Position numbers and translations under genes: made by a program | Assembly (NCBI GenBank): GCA_934149005.1 | Contig: CAKPDN010000003.1 | Location: forward strand, 49,544 to 113,543 | DNA from: an uncultured Clostridia bacterium | GTDB taxonomy: Bacteria; Bacillota; Clostridia; TANB77; CAG-508 | Direction: 5' to 3' | Length of the DNA stretch: 64,000 nucleotides | Shown: in pieces, positions 40,114 through 50,351 of the stretch | Layout of the letters: the number at the start of each line of letters is the position of its first letter | Numbering within the stretch: position 1 is the stretch's first letter | The notes under the pieces: generated by a model | Told to the model about the DNA's origin: nothing | Seen by the model: only the letters and a program-made list of their open reading frames with translations | The model's database searches: none

Positions 40114-41904
40114 ATGGATAATAAAAAAAATAGAAAAAATAATAAAAGTATAGCAATAGCAGCAGTTATTTTGATTATTATAATAAGTATCTTATCTGGG
40201 GTAGCAATTTATTTTTTAACAAATAATAAAGAAAAAGATGATAAAACACTTGCATATACAGATTTAATAAAAGAAATTTCTTATGGAAATGTAGAAAAAG
40301 TAGAAATGACAGTTGGAAGTACTAGTCTAAAAATAAAAATGAAAGATGTAGAGGAAGAAAAAAAATCAATAGTTCCGAATACAGAAGCATTTATAGAATT
40401 AATACAACAAAAGGTAGCAGATGGAAATGATATAGAATTAATACAAAAACCTAAAAATGCTTTAATGCAAATACCAGCGACACTTTTAAGTTTACTTCCT
40501 ACATTTATAATGATTGCATTATTTATAATGATATTTAAAATGCAGGGATTAGGAGAAAAAGGGCAAGTATATGAAGATACTGAAAGAAAAACAAAAATTA
40601 GGTTTAAAGATGTTGCGGGATTAGATGAAGAAAAAGAAGAATTAATAGAAATAGTAGATTTCTTAAAAAAACCAGAAAAATTTACTAAAATGGGAGCCAA
40701 AATTCCAAAAGGTGTTTTATTATATGGAAAACCAGGAACAGGAAAAACTTTAATAGCAAAAGCAATAGCAGGAGAAGCAGATGTACCATTTATATCAATG
40801 AGTGGATCAGAATTTATAGAAATGTTTGCAGGACTTGGAGCTTCAAGAGTAAGAAAATTATTTGAAAAGGCTAGAAAATTAGCTCCATGTATTGTATTTA
40901 TAGATGAGATAGATGCAATAGGTGCAAGAAGAACTTCAAATAGTGGTGCAGAAACAGAGAATAATCAAACTTTAAATCAATTATTAGTTGAAATGGATGG
41001 ATTTAGTTCAGAAGAGACCATAATAGTATTGGCAGCAACAAACAGACCAGAAATGCTTGATAAAGCTTTATTAAGACCTGGTAGATTTGATAGACAGATA
41101 ACTATTCCTGCTCCTGATTTAAAGGGAAGATTAGATATATTAAAAATACACAGTGAAGGTAAAAGATTATCAGATGATGTTAATTTAGAAAGCATTGCAG
41201 AAGATACAGCTGGATTTACAGGTGCAGAACTTGCTAATATTTTAAATGAGGCTGCAATTATTGCTACAATAAATAAGCATGAAGATATTGAAAATTCAGA
41301 TATTGAAGAAGCGGTTAAAAAGGTTACTGTTGGATTAGAAAAACATAGTAGAGTATATTCAGAAAAAGATAAAAAATTAACAGCGTATCATGAAGCTGGA
41401 CATGCAGTAGTTAGCCAATATCTACCAACACAAACATCTGTAAAAGAAGTATCTATAATACCAAGAGGAGTAGCTGGTGGATATACAATGTATAAGTCAG
41501 ATGAAGATAAATATTATGTATCAAAAACTGAAATGAAAGAAAAATTAATTGCACTTCTTGGTGGTAGAGCAGCAGAAAAATTAGTGTTAGATGATATATC
41601 AACAGGTGCAAGCAATGATATTGAAATTGCTACAAAAGTTGCAAGAGAAATGGTTACAAAATATGGTATGAGCGATAATTTAGGACCAATTGATTTTCAA
41701 GGTAAAGAACAAAATGATATGTTAGTTTTTGGAGAGAATATTGGAGATAGAATAGGTGCAGAAGTAAAATCATTAATAGATGAAGCATATAATAATGCTC
41801 AAAAATTGTTAATTGAACATAGAGACAAGTTGGATACTATTGCACAGACTTTACTTGAAAAAGAGAAAATTAATGAACAAGAATTTAAAAAAATATTTGA
41901 ATAG
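40114..41904 (+). CDS. ftsH: ATP-dependent zinc metalloprotease FtsH
   Basis: Walker A GKPGTGKT, SRH region and zinc site HEAGHAV. A bidirectional terminator aaaagcggtagcatgtgctaccgcttttt follows. Confidence 0.95.
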   Translation: MDNKKNRKNNKSIAIAAVILIIIISILSGVAIYFLTNNKEKDDKTLAYTDLIKEISYGNVEKVEMTVGSTSLKIKMKDVEEEKKSIVPNTEAFIELIQQKVADGNDIELIQKPKNALMQIPATLLSLLPTFIMIALFIMIFKMQGLGEKGQVYEDTERKTKIRFKDVAGLDEEKEELIEIVDFLKKPEKFTKMGAKIPKGVLLYGKPGTGKTLIAKAIAGEADVPFISMSGSEFIEMFAGLGASRVRKLFEKARKLAPCIVFIDEIDAIGARRTSNSGAETENNQTLNQLLVEMDGFSSEETIIVLAATNRPEMLDKALLRPGRFDRQITIPAPDLKGRLDILKIHSEGKRLSDDVNLESIAEDTAGFTGAELANILNEAAIIATINKHEDIENSDIEEAVKKVTVGLEKHSRVYSEKDKKLTAYHEAGHAVVSQYLPTQTSVKEVSIIPRGVAGGYTMYKSDEDKYYVSKTEMKEKLIALLGGRAAEKLVLDDISTGASNDIEIATKVAREMVTKYGMSDNLGPIDFQGKEQNDMLVFGENIGDRIGAEVKSLIDEAYNNAQKLLIEHRDKLDTIAQTLLEKEKINEQEFKKIFE

Positions 41905-41921
41905 AAAAGCGGTAGCATGTG

Positions 41922-42158
41922 CTACCGCTTTTTGGAAATTCTTGGCAAAGTCAATGAAGATAATCTTCTTGAAAATTCCGAAAAAGATTCAAGAGAATGG
42001 AAGCGAGCAGTATTATAATTTTCTAAGTTTCCATTCAATTCGGAAATCCAGTTACAAATTTGTGATGAATTTGCTGAGAAAATATCAATTGTACTGCTAA
42101 GTGTGCTTACCCGACCATCTTCATCAAGTATTGCATTAAATTTAAACTTATTTGCCAT
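41922..42158 (-). CDS. Hypothetical small protein (78 aa) in a GC-elevated patch
   Basis: ATG at 42158 with RBS aggaggaatata. The local GC is clearly higher than the neighbouring genes. Confidence 0.35.
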   Translation of the reverse strand: MANKFKFNAILDEDGRVSTLSSTIDIFSANSSQICNWISELNGNLENYNTARFHSLESFSEFSRRLSSLTLPRISKKR

Positions 42159-42525
42159 TATATTCCTCCTATAATGTGTAAACATAAAGTTTCATATACT
42201 ATAATACCAAAAAATTCCAGAAAAGTCAATCAAAATCTTTTCTTTACTATTCATAAATTTATCGGCTGTCTTTCATTCACTAGAAATTCTATAAATTTTT
42301 TATGGCACCTTTCCACTAAAGTGAACTCTTTCCATAAAAAATTTAAGAATTTCTATGTTCATTACAGTTGCAGTCTAAATTTATTCATAGTTAAAGAAAA
42401 GATTTTTCGCCCGTGAACATTTCTCAAGATAAACAATAACAAATTTTAAAGCTCATTCCATTCAAGCATATATTAAATATTTAAGGAGCATTTCCCTGAA
42501 CAGAAAACATTACAAAAAGCTAAAA

Positions 42526-43941
42526 TTATTTAGTTAATAATTCATAAATTGCTTTGCAATAAATATTACAAGCAGTTATTAAATTATCGATTGAAATGAA
42601 TTCATCAATTTGGTGACACATATCTTTTTGGCCAGGCAAATTTGCACCAAAAGAAACAAAATTATCAAAAGCTCTTGCATAAGTAGCACCACCAATGGCG
42701 ATAGGTTCATAATTTGAATTAGTATATTCATTATAAATTTTGCATAAAGTTTTAACTAAATAAGAATCTTTAGAAACGTAAAGAGGAACTTTTTTATCAG
42801 CAAATTTACAATAAACATTATCAAATTTTTTGCATATAGAAGAAAGAGTATTTTCAATTAAGTCGAATTTTGTATTTATGGGTACTCTTAAGTTAAGTCC
42901 AATTTTTAAATCATCATCTTTAAAATAAAATTTTCCAACATTTAAAGTTAATTTTCCAGATTCATCAGGAAAATTAATATTTAATTTTTCACCATTATAA
43001 TCAAGACCAATATATTTTGTAAATAAATCAAATAAAGGAATTATAATATTATAATTTTTAAATAATTTATCCAAAATAATAATTAATCTTGCAATAGCAT
43101 TTACACCTAAATCAGGGTGAGCAGAATGTGCTTGAATGCCATATGATATTATTTTTAGTTCATAACTATTTATAATTTCAGTTTTAATATTAAAATTATA
43201 TTTTGATGCAATATTATTGATAAAATTATCAATATCAAGAATTTTAATATTGTTATTTATAGAAATTATGCAGCTACAATATTTAGGAACGACATTTAAA
43301 GGATTATTATTACAATCAATATTTTTTAAAACTATATCTTTATTTAAAAAAATTGAATAGTTCATTATTAAAAAAGGAGAGATAAGGCCTTTTTCAGCAT
43401 ATATACATGGAAAATCAGCATCGGGACTAAAACCAATAGAAGGTATTTCTTCATGTTTTTTGTAATAATCAATACACTTCCAATTTCTTTCTTCATTTAA
43501 GCCTAAAATTAATCGAACTCTTTTGTTTATATTAATAGAGTTATTTTGTACATAATCCATAACAGCTTTCATAGCGTATAAGCTAGCCATAACGGGTCCT
43601 TTATCATCAATACTACCTCTGCCATAAATTTTATTATCAATAATTTGTGCATCAAAAGGAGGATATGTCCAGTTTTTACCTTCGGGAACAACATCTAAGT
43701 GCCCAACAATTCCAATTAATTCATTACCAGAGCCAAATTCTATGTATCCACAATAACCATCAATGTTTTTTGTTTTAAATCCTAATTTTTTACCTAGTTC
43801 TAAAACATAATCTAAAGCTTTAACAGTATTTTTCCCAAATGGTGCATTTATATCAGTTGATTCCTCATACACACTTGGAATTTTAATTAATTCTTGTAAA
43901 TTCTTAATAAGTTCATTTTTGTTAATATATTTTTTAAACAT
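42526..43941 (-). CDS. M20-family dipeptidase (PepV-like)
   Basis: GIVGHLDVVPEG...GRGSIDDKGP metal-binding motifs; 471 aa. Confidence 0.75.
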   Translation of the reverse strand: MFKKYINKNELIKNLQELIKIPSVYEESTDINAPFGKNTVKALDYVLELGKKLGFKTKNIDGYCGYIEFGSGNELIGIVGHLDVVPEGKNWTYPPFDAQIIDNKIYGRGSIDDKGPVMASLYAMKAVMDYVQNNSININKRVRLILGLNEERNWKCIDYYKKHEEIPSIGFSPDADFPCIYAEKGLISPFLIMNYSIFLNKDIVLKNIDCNNNPLNVVPKYCSCIISINNNIKILDIDNFINNIASKYNFNIKTEIINSYELKIISYGIQAHSAHPDLGVNAIARLIIILDKLFKNYNIIIPLFDLFTKYIGLDYNGEKLNINFPDESGKLTLNVGKFYFKDDDLKIGLNLRVPINTKFDLIENTLSSICKKFDNVYCKFADKKVPLYVSKDSYLVKTLCKIYNEYTNSNYEPIAIGGATYARAFDNFVSFGANLPGQKDMCHQIDEFISIDNLITACNIYCKAIYELLTK

Positions 43942-44072
43942 TTAATCACACCTTTCAAAAATATTATGTTATTATTATACTACAATAATATTATATTTGC
44001 ATAAAAAATGTTGCAGAAAAATGATATTAAATATATAATAGTCACAATATAAAAATAAAAAGGAGAAAGAAT

Positions 44073-44909
44073 ATGGGAAACAAAAAGATAAAAGATATTG
44101 AAGAACTTAAAAGTATGGCTAGAAAAATAAGAATGGGAATTGTAGAATCAGTATATAGTGGAGAATCTGGACATCCAGGTGGTTCGCTTTCAATAGCAGA
44201 TATAATGACAGTTTTATATTTTAATGAAATGAATATAAATCCTGAAAATCCAAAAGATGAAAATAGAGATAGATTAGTATTATCTAAAGGACATTGTGCA
44301 CCAGCACTATATTCTGCTTTAGCAAACAGAGGATTTTTTGAAGTAGATGAGTTACGAACATTAAGAAATATAGAGAGCAGATTACAAGGACATCCAGATA
44401 TGAAACATATACCTGGAGTAGATATGACAACAGGTTCATTAGGACAAGGGTTATCAGCAGCAAATGGAATGGCAATAGCTGGGAAATTAAATAATAAAAA
44501 TTATAGGGTATATTGCATTTTAGGAGATGGAGAAATAGAAGAAGGACAAATTTGGGAAGCTGCAATGGCATCAAATAAATATAAATTAGACAATTTATGT
44601 GTAATAGTAGATAATAATAATTTGCAAATAGATGGAACAATTGAAGAAGTTATGAGTTCATATCCGATAGATGAAAAGTTTAAAAGTTTTGGATTTCAAA
44701 TTATTAATATTGATGGCCATAATATTCAGGAAATAATAGATGCTTTTGATGTTGCAAAAAATATTAAAGGAAAACCAACTTGTATAATTGCTAAAACTAT
44801 AAAGGGAAAAGGAGTTTCTTTTATGGAAAACCAAGTCGGATGGCATGGAAAAGCACCAAATAAGGAACAATATAACCAGGCTATGGAAGAATTGTCAAAA
44901 AATGCTTGA
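44073..44909 (+). CDS. Transketolase, N-terminal (TPP-binding) subunit
   Basis: GHPGGSLSIADIMTVLYF, LSKGHCAPALY and GDGEIEEGQIWEA motifs. Confidence 0.85.
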   Translation: MGNKKIKDIEELKSMARKIRMGIVESVYSGESGHPGGSLSIADIMTVLYFNEMNINPENPKDENRDRLVLSKGHCAPALYSALANRGFFEVDELRTLRNIESRLQGHPDMKHIPGVDMTTGSLGQGLSAANGMAIAGKLNNKNYRVYCILGDGEIEEGQIWEAAMASNKYKLDNLCVIVDNNNLQIDGTIEEVMSSYPIDEKFKSFGFQIINIDGHNIQEIIDAFDVAKNIKGKPTCIIAKTIKGKGVSFMENQVGWHGKAPNKEQYNQAMEELSKNA

Positions 44910-45036
44910 CATTGAAGAAAAAAAATGTTAAAATTATTAACTGTAATCCGCTTAGTCAAGGTACATAAAAACTAATTTAATTTAGTTACCTTATCAAAGG
45001 ATTAGCGAGTATACAAATAAGGGAGGTGCATTTTAA

Positions 45037-45393
45037 ATGTACGCAGTAATTGAAAGTTGTGGAAAACAATACAAAGTAGCACAAGGAGATGTAGTATTTT
45101 TTGAAAAATTAGATACTGAAGAAGGAAAAAAAGTTACTTTTGATAAAGTAGTTTTAGTATCAGATGATGGAAAAGTACAAGTAGGAAATCCTTATGTTAA
45201 AGGTGTAAAAGTTGAAGGAAAAGTAGTTGCACATGGTAAAGCTAAAAAAATCATTGTTTTCAAAATGAAAGCTAAAAAGAACTACAGAAGAAAACAAGGA
45301 CATAGACAACCATATACTAAAGTTGAAATAACAGCAATAAAAACAACTGCAAAAAAGACAGCTGAAAAAGCTGAAGAAAAAGTAGAAGCTTAA
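45037..45393 (+). CDS. rplU: 50S ribosomal protein L21
   Basis: [14 protein letters not shown]...; a possible L21 leader structure lies in the region 44930-45035. Confidence 0.9.
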   Translation: MYAVIESCGKQYKVAQGDVVFFEKLDTEEGKKVTFDKVVLVSDDGKVQVGNPYVKGVKVEGKVVAHGKAKKIIVFKMKAKKNYRRKQGHRQPYTKVEITAIKTTAKKTAEKAEEKVEA

Positions 45394-45526
45394 GTTATAT
45401 TTAAGACTACATATTAATTAAAAAGATTTTAATTAAGAGAAGCTATATAAAAACTATAATCAAGCTATAAATTAAAAATAAAAGGTTTTTAATTTATGAT
45501 GCACAAAGTGAAAGGAGTGAGAAAGC

Positions 45527-45787
45527 ATGGCTCATAAAAAAGGTCAAGGTAGTTCACACAACGGTCGTGAGAGTGAATCTAAACGTCTTGGAGTAAAAAG
45601 AGCAGATGGACAATTTGTTTTAGCTGGTAATATATTAGTTAGACAAAGAGGAACAAGAGTATATCCAGGTGTTAATGTTAAAAAAGGTAGCGATGATACA
45701 TTATATGCAGTAGTAGATGGTACTGTAAAATTTGAAAGAAAAGGTAGAGATAAAAAACAAGTAAGTGTTTATCCAGTGGAAGCCTAA
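45527..45787 (+). CDS. rpmA: 50S ribosomal protein L27 (no N-terminal propeptide)
   Basis: [29 protein letters not shown]. No prp/ysxB gene lies between rplU and rpmA, consistent with the absence of a cleavable extension. Confidence 0.9.
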   Translation: MAHKKGQGSSHNGRESESKRLGVKRADGQFVLAGNILVRQRGTRVYPGVNVKKGSDDTLYAVVDGTVKFERKGRDKKQVSVYPVEA

Positions 45788-46038
45788 GAATAATATATGA
45801 AAAGGAAGAACTAAAATATAAAATAGTTCTTCTTTTTTGTATTAGCTAAGAGTTATAACTATTCATAAAAGCTAGCAAAAATAATTGGTAAAAAATATCG
45901 ACAATTAATCAAACTTGAAGCTATAATAAATTTGTAAAACAAAGGAAAAATAAGGAGGAATATAGTTGAAAAAGAAAAGTGATAGAACAGTTGATACTGT
46001 AGAGAGATACTTTAGAAAATAGAGCTCAAAAATATAAA

Positions 46039-46605
46039 ATAGAAAATGCTATAACATTAATAGCACTTATAATTACAATCATAATATTGCTAATATTGTC
46101 AGGTGTAGCAATATCGCAATTAGTAGAAAGCGGGTTGATAAGGAAGACAACCTATGCAAGTAAAGAGACTTCAAAGACTCAAGCATTAGAAGAACTAAGA
46201 TTGAAAGTATTACAAGTTCAAACAGATAAACATGGTTTAGCAACACTACAGGATTTGGTAAATGCTTTTAATTTAGATAGTGAAAATGAATATATAGTAT
46301 CTTTAAGTCAAATAGAAAATATAACTGGTGAAGTACCAAACGTAGAAAATAGTAGTGAAATATATGTAATTTATAAAAATTTTCAATTTAAAATTGATAG
46401 TAATTTAGAAGTAACTTTTGTACAAGAATATCAAAGCAATAAACAAGTATCAAATATTACAACAAGATATTTATTGGTAGAGGTAGATGGATATTTTGAA
46501 AATGAAGATTGTGCTGTTATAAATGAAATATCAGTTTATAATAAAAATTATGAAAAAATAAATTATTCAATTTTAAAAGATTTAGAATATAAAATTGATA
46601 AATAA
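46039..46605 (+). pseudogene. Degenerate paralogue of the MENASKAL pilin-like family found in the Tad-like locus (start codon ATA, 27-bp deletion)
   Basis: DNA atagaaaatgctataacattaatagcactt aligns with atggaaaatgcatcaaaagca...ggaactctaatagcattaata at 58634. It encodes (I)ENAITLIALIITIIILLILSGV. The ORF track begins at an internal TTG (46087). An out-of-frame upstream fragment reads LKKKSDRTVDTVERYFRK. Confidence 0.35.
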
Positions 46606-46758
46606 ATATAAATAAAAATTTGATTACTAACAAAGTAATCAAATTTTTTTGAAAAAATACAAAAAAACATTTACAATTTTATTTTTTTTGTATACAATAT
46701 ATCAAGTGAAAAAAATGTCAAAAACAAAAGAAAATAGTCAAGAAAAGAGGCCTAATTA

Positions 46759-48051
46759 ATGAAAATATTAATGTTAACATGGGAATACCCACCAAGAGTG
46801 GTAGGAGGAATATCAAGAGTAGTATATGATTTATCAAAAACCTTAATAAAAGATGGACACGATGTAACAGTTGTAACATATAAAGAAGGAGAGGCACCAG
46901 ACTTTGAAGATGATAAAGGTGTAAAAGTATATAGGACTGGAAATTATATGATAAATTCAAACAATTTTATAGACTGGATAATGCAAATGAATTTTAATAT
47001 GATTGCAAAAGCAAATGAAATAATAGCAAAAGAAGGAAAATTTGATGTAATACATGCACATGACTGGCTAGTAGCATATGCGGCAAAAACATTAAAAGAT
47101 TCATATAATATTCCAATAGTTGCAACAATACATGCAACAGAGGCTGGAAGAAATAGTGGAATACATGATGAAACACAAAGATATATAAATGATACAGAAT
47201 GGATGCTAACATATGAAGCATCAGAAGTAATAGTAAATAGTAATTATATGAAAAATGAATTACAAAGATTATTTGGATTACCATATGAAAAAATAAATGT
47301 GATACCAAATGGAGTAAATATGAGTCTATTCAATGGAATAGAAAGAGACTATAATTTTAGAAGAAAATTTGCAATGGACAATGAAAAAATAATACTATTT
47401 ATGGGAAGACTAGTGTATGAAAAAGGAGTACAGCATTTAATAGCAGCAATGCCCAAAATATTAAATGGATATAATGACACAAAACTCGTTATATGTGGTA
47501 AAGGCGGAATGATAGATGAATTAAAAGCCCAAGTAAATGCTTTAGGAATATCAGAAAAAGTATATTTTGCAGGATATATGAAGGGAAAAGATGTACAAAA
47601 AATGTATAAAGCAGCAGATATATCAGTATTCCCAAGTACATATGAACCATTTGGAATAGTGGCACTAGAAGCAATGCTATCAGAAAATCCAGTGGTAGTA
47701 TCAGACATAGGAGGTCTAAATGAAATAGTACAACATAAAGAAAATGGAATGAAAACATATTGTGGAAATCCAAATTCAATAGCAGATGCAATATTAGAAC
47801 TATTATATGACCATAAACTATGTGCAGAAATAACAAAAAAAGCAAAAAACAAAGTCAGAAATGAATACAATTGGAGTAAAATATCACAAGATACTCACTT
47901 TGCATATCAAAAAGCAATTTGCCAATCAATGGCTGAAAAACAAAAAAGAGAACTTGAACAAGAAAGAGCAAACAAAACTAAAAAAGCTAAAAACACAGAA
48001 AAAGAAATATCAAATTTACTTACGTTTAAAAAACGTAATGCATATGCATAA
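46759..48051 (+). CDS. Glycosyltransferase family 4 (GT-B) with a Lys-rich C-terminal tail
   Basis: EPFGIVALEAM (EX7E) motif. Confidence 0.7.
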   Translation: MKILMLTWEYPPRVVGGISRVVYDLSKTLIKDGHDVTVVTYKEGEAPDFEDDKGVKVYRTGNYMINSNNFIDWIMQMNFNMIAKANEIIAKEGKFDVIHAHDWLVAYAAKTLKDSYNIPIVATIHATEAGRNSGIHDETQRYINDTEWMLTYEASEVIVNSNYMKNELQRLFGLPYEKINVIPNGVNMSLFNGIERDYNFRRKFAMDNEKIILFMGRLVYEKGVQHLIAAMPKILNGYNDTKLVICGKGGMIDELKAQVNALGISEKVYFAGYMKGKDVQKMYKAADISVFPSTYEPFGIVALEAMLSENPVVVSDIGGLNEIVQHKENGMKTYCGNPNSIADAILELLYDHKLCAEITKKAKNKVRNEYNWSKISQDTHFAYQKAICQSMAEKQKRELEQERANKTKKAKNTEKEISNLLTFKKRNAYA

Positions 48052-48054
48052 AGT

Positions 48055-48095
48055 GTCCCATTGGGGACGTTTCTGTTTGGGACATTTTATTTATA
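48055..48095. repeat. GTCCC/GGGAC hairpin element after the GT4 gene
   Basis: gtgtcccattggggacgtttctgtttgggacatttt. Confidence 0.55.
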
Positions 48096-48205
48096 AAATG
48101 TTTATAAAAGGAAATGTCTTCAATGGAATTTTTATATTTTAAAAAAATTCAAAAAATTCTACAAATTTAGCACAAAAAAAGTGTATAATTAAAAAGGAGG
48201 AAAAT

Positions 48206-49111
48206 ATGGAAGAGGAATTTAAATCAGGATTTGTAACAATAATAGGAAGAACAAATGTAGGAAAATCAACATTAATAAATTTGTTAGTAGGAGAAAAAGT
48301 AGCAGCAATAGCCAACAAAGTTCAAACAACCAGAACAGCAATAAAAGGAATAGTAAATAGAGAAAATTCACAAATTATATTCACAGATACACCAGGAATT
48401 CATAAGCCAAAACACAAATTAAATGAAACAATGGTAGAAACATCATTTGCTACAATACCAGATTCAGATATAGTGCTATTCATAGTAGAAGCAACAAGTG
48501 AAGAAATAGGCAGAGGAGATAGAATTATACTAGAAAAAATAAAAGAAGCAAAAAGAAAAACAATATTAATAATAAACAAAATAGATTTAGTAAAAAGAGA
48601 AAAATTGCTAAATTTAATTGATATTTACAGCAAAGAATATAATTTTGAATCAGTAATACCAATATCAGCATATCAAGAAAAATATAAAAATATCATATTA
48701 GATGAAATAGAGAAGAACCTAAAACCAGGACCTGCATATTATGATATTGAGGAATATACAGATCAAACAATTAGACAACTAGCCGAAGAAACAATAAGAG
48801 AAAAGGCTTTAAAAATGTTACAAGATGAAGTACCACATGGAATTTACGTAGAAGTTGAAAAAATGAACTTAAGAAAAAATAAACAAAATGAAGATATTTA
48901 TGATATAGAAGCAACAATATATTGCTTAAGAGATTCTCACAAAGGAATAATAATTGGAAAAAATGGTGAAATGTTAAAAAAGATAGGAAGGGCAGCAAGA
49001 ATTGATATGGAGCAAAATTTTGGAATAAAAGTAAATTTAAAAACATGGGTAAAAGTAAAAAAAGACTGGCTGGATAATGATTCTATTGTTAATAAGTTTA
49101 AATTGAAATAA
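48206..49111 (+). CDS. era: GTPase Era
   Basis: G1 GRTNVGKST, G3 DTPG and G4 NKID motifs, plus a KH domain at the C-terminus. Confidence 0.95.
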   Translation: MEEEFKSGFVTIIGRTNVGKSTLINLLVGEKVAAIANKVQTTRTAIKGIVNRENSQIIFTDTPGIHKPKHKLNETMVETSFATIPDSDIVLFIVEATSEEIGRGDRIILEKIKEAKRKTILIINKIDLVKREKLLNLIDIYSKEYNFESVIPISAYQEKYKNIILDEIEKNLKPGPAYYDIEEYTDQTIRQLAEETIREKALKMLQDEVPHGIYVEVEKMNLRKNKQNEDIYDIEATIYCLRDSHKGIIIGKNGEMLKKIGRAARIDMEQNFGIKVNLKTWVKVKKDWLDNDSIVNKFKLK

Positions 49112-49180
49112 AGATTAATTATAATTAAAGTATAAAAATATAAAAAATGCAAAAGATAAATTAAAGGTAAAACTTTAAGA

Positions 49181-49366
49181 ATGGAGATGAGGCAGATGAT
49201 AAAAAAAATAGCATGGGATGCATTTAAAAATACTGGAAATATAAATGCATTTTTAGAATATAAACAAATTGAAAATTTAGAAAAAGGAATTCAAGAGATA
49301 CAAAATATACAGAAAATTACAAATATGAATGTTAATAATATAAATAAAAATAATACACAATTATAA
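49181..49366 (+). CDS. YqzL-like small protein
   Basis: IAWDAFKNTGNINAFLEYKQIE resembles the YqzL family. It sits between era and recO, as in Bacillus. Confidence 0.5.
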   Translation: MEMRQMIKKIAWDAFKNTGNINAFLEYKQIENLEKGIQEIQNIQKITNMNVNNINKNNTQL

Positions 49367-49407
49367 AAGGGGGAAATGTTAGAATAAAGTCTAACATTTA
49401 AAATCAA

Positions 49408-50136
49408 ATGGCAAATATAAAAATAAGTGGAATAATAATTGCGGAAAATAACATGGGAGATTATGATAAAATGCTTACAATGTTAACGCCAAATTATGGA
49501 AAAATATCTTGTGTGGCTAAAGGAGCAAGAAGGCCACAAAGTGCTCTTTTAGCAGGAACACAATTATTTTGTTTTGGAGAGTATTTAATGTATAAAGGCA
49601 CAAATACATATCATATAAATTCATGTGAAACTATAGAGATATTTTACAATTTACGAACAGACTTAGACAAGCTCAAATATGCAATACATATTAATAAAAT
49701 AATTCAAGATATAACAGAAGAAAATGAAAATTGTTATAGAATTTTACAATTATTTTTAAATACATTATATACAATATCAGAAACTAATAAAGATAAAGAC
49801 TGGATATTGAGTGTATTTAAATTGAGACTTTTGTGTATTTTAGGGTTTACACCAAGAACTTTAAAATGTACAAATTGCAATGATGCAATAAATTTAACAA
49901 AATTTAGTATAAAGGATAACGGATTTAAATGTGAAAGTTGTGGAAGACAAGATAAATCCGCAATTGAGATGAGTGAGAGTGCTAAAAATGCAATAAAATA
50001 TGTTATATCGGCTCCGCCTAAAAAATTATATTCTTTTAATTTAAAAGATGAAAGTCTAAAGGAATTTAAGTTAATTACGAAGATTTATTTTGATGAAAAA
50101 ATGGAAAAAGAATATAAAATAGAAGAATTGTTCTAA
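49408..50136 (+). CDS. recO: DNA repair protein RecO
   Basis: N-terminal OB fold and C-terminal zinc site CxxC...CxxC (CTNCN...CESCG). Confidence 0.9.
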   Translation: MANIKISGIIIAENNMGDYDKMLTMLTPNYGKISCVAKGARRPQSALLAGTQLFCFGEYLMYKGTNTYHINSCETIEIFYNLRTDLDKLKYAIHINKIIQDITEENENCYRILQLFLNTLYTISETNKDKDWILSVFKLRLLCILGFTPRTLKCTNCNDAINLTKFSIKDNGFKCESCGRQDKSAIEMSESAKNAIKYVISAPPKKLYSFNLKDESLKEFKLITKIYFDEKMEKEYKIEELF

Positions 50137-50147
50137 TAAGGAGAAGA

Positions 50148-50267
50148 GGGAAAAGAGGGAAAAGGGGGACGTGACTTAAAATCCCTGCTGTGTGTGACGG
50201 ATTTTCTTAAGAGAAACAATTACACAGCAGGGATTTTAAGTCACGTCCCCCTTTTCCCTCTTTTCCC
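50148..50267. repeat. Perfect 46-bp inverted repeat pair with a 28-bp spacer, between recO and hpf (intergenic palindromic element D)
   Basis: gggaaaagagggaaaagggggacgtgacttaaaatccctgctgtgt at 50148-50193 and its exact reverse complement at 50222-50267. Confidence 0.8.
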
Positions 50268-50351
50268 TTTTTTTAAAAAAACACTTGCAAAAAATAATAA
50301 TAAAATATATAATAAAAACAGGCAAAGGTAAAAAAGAAGGGAGCGATTTTT

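Noticed and set aside
42174-42416. 80-aa plus-strand ORF
   Set aside because: No RBS, odd composition, and it overlaps the 3-prime end of the minus-strand small gene. More likely non-coding.
47349-47870. 173-aa and 118-aa minus-strand ORFs
   Set aside because: Antisense to the GT4 gene.
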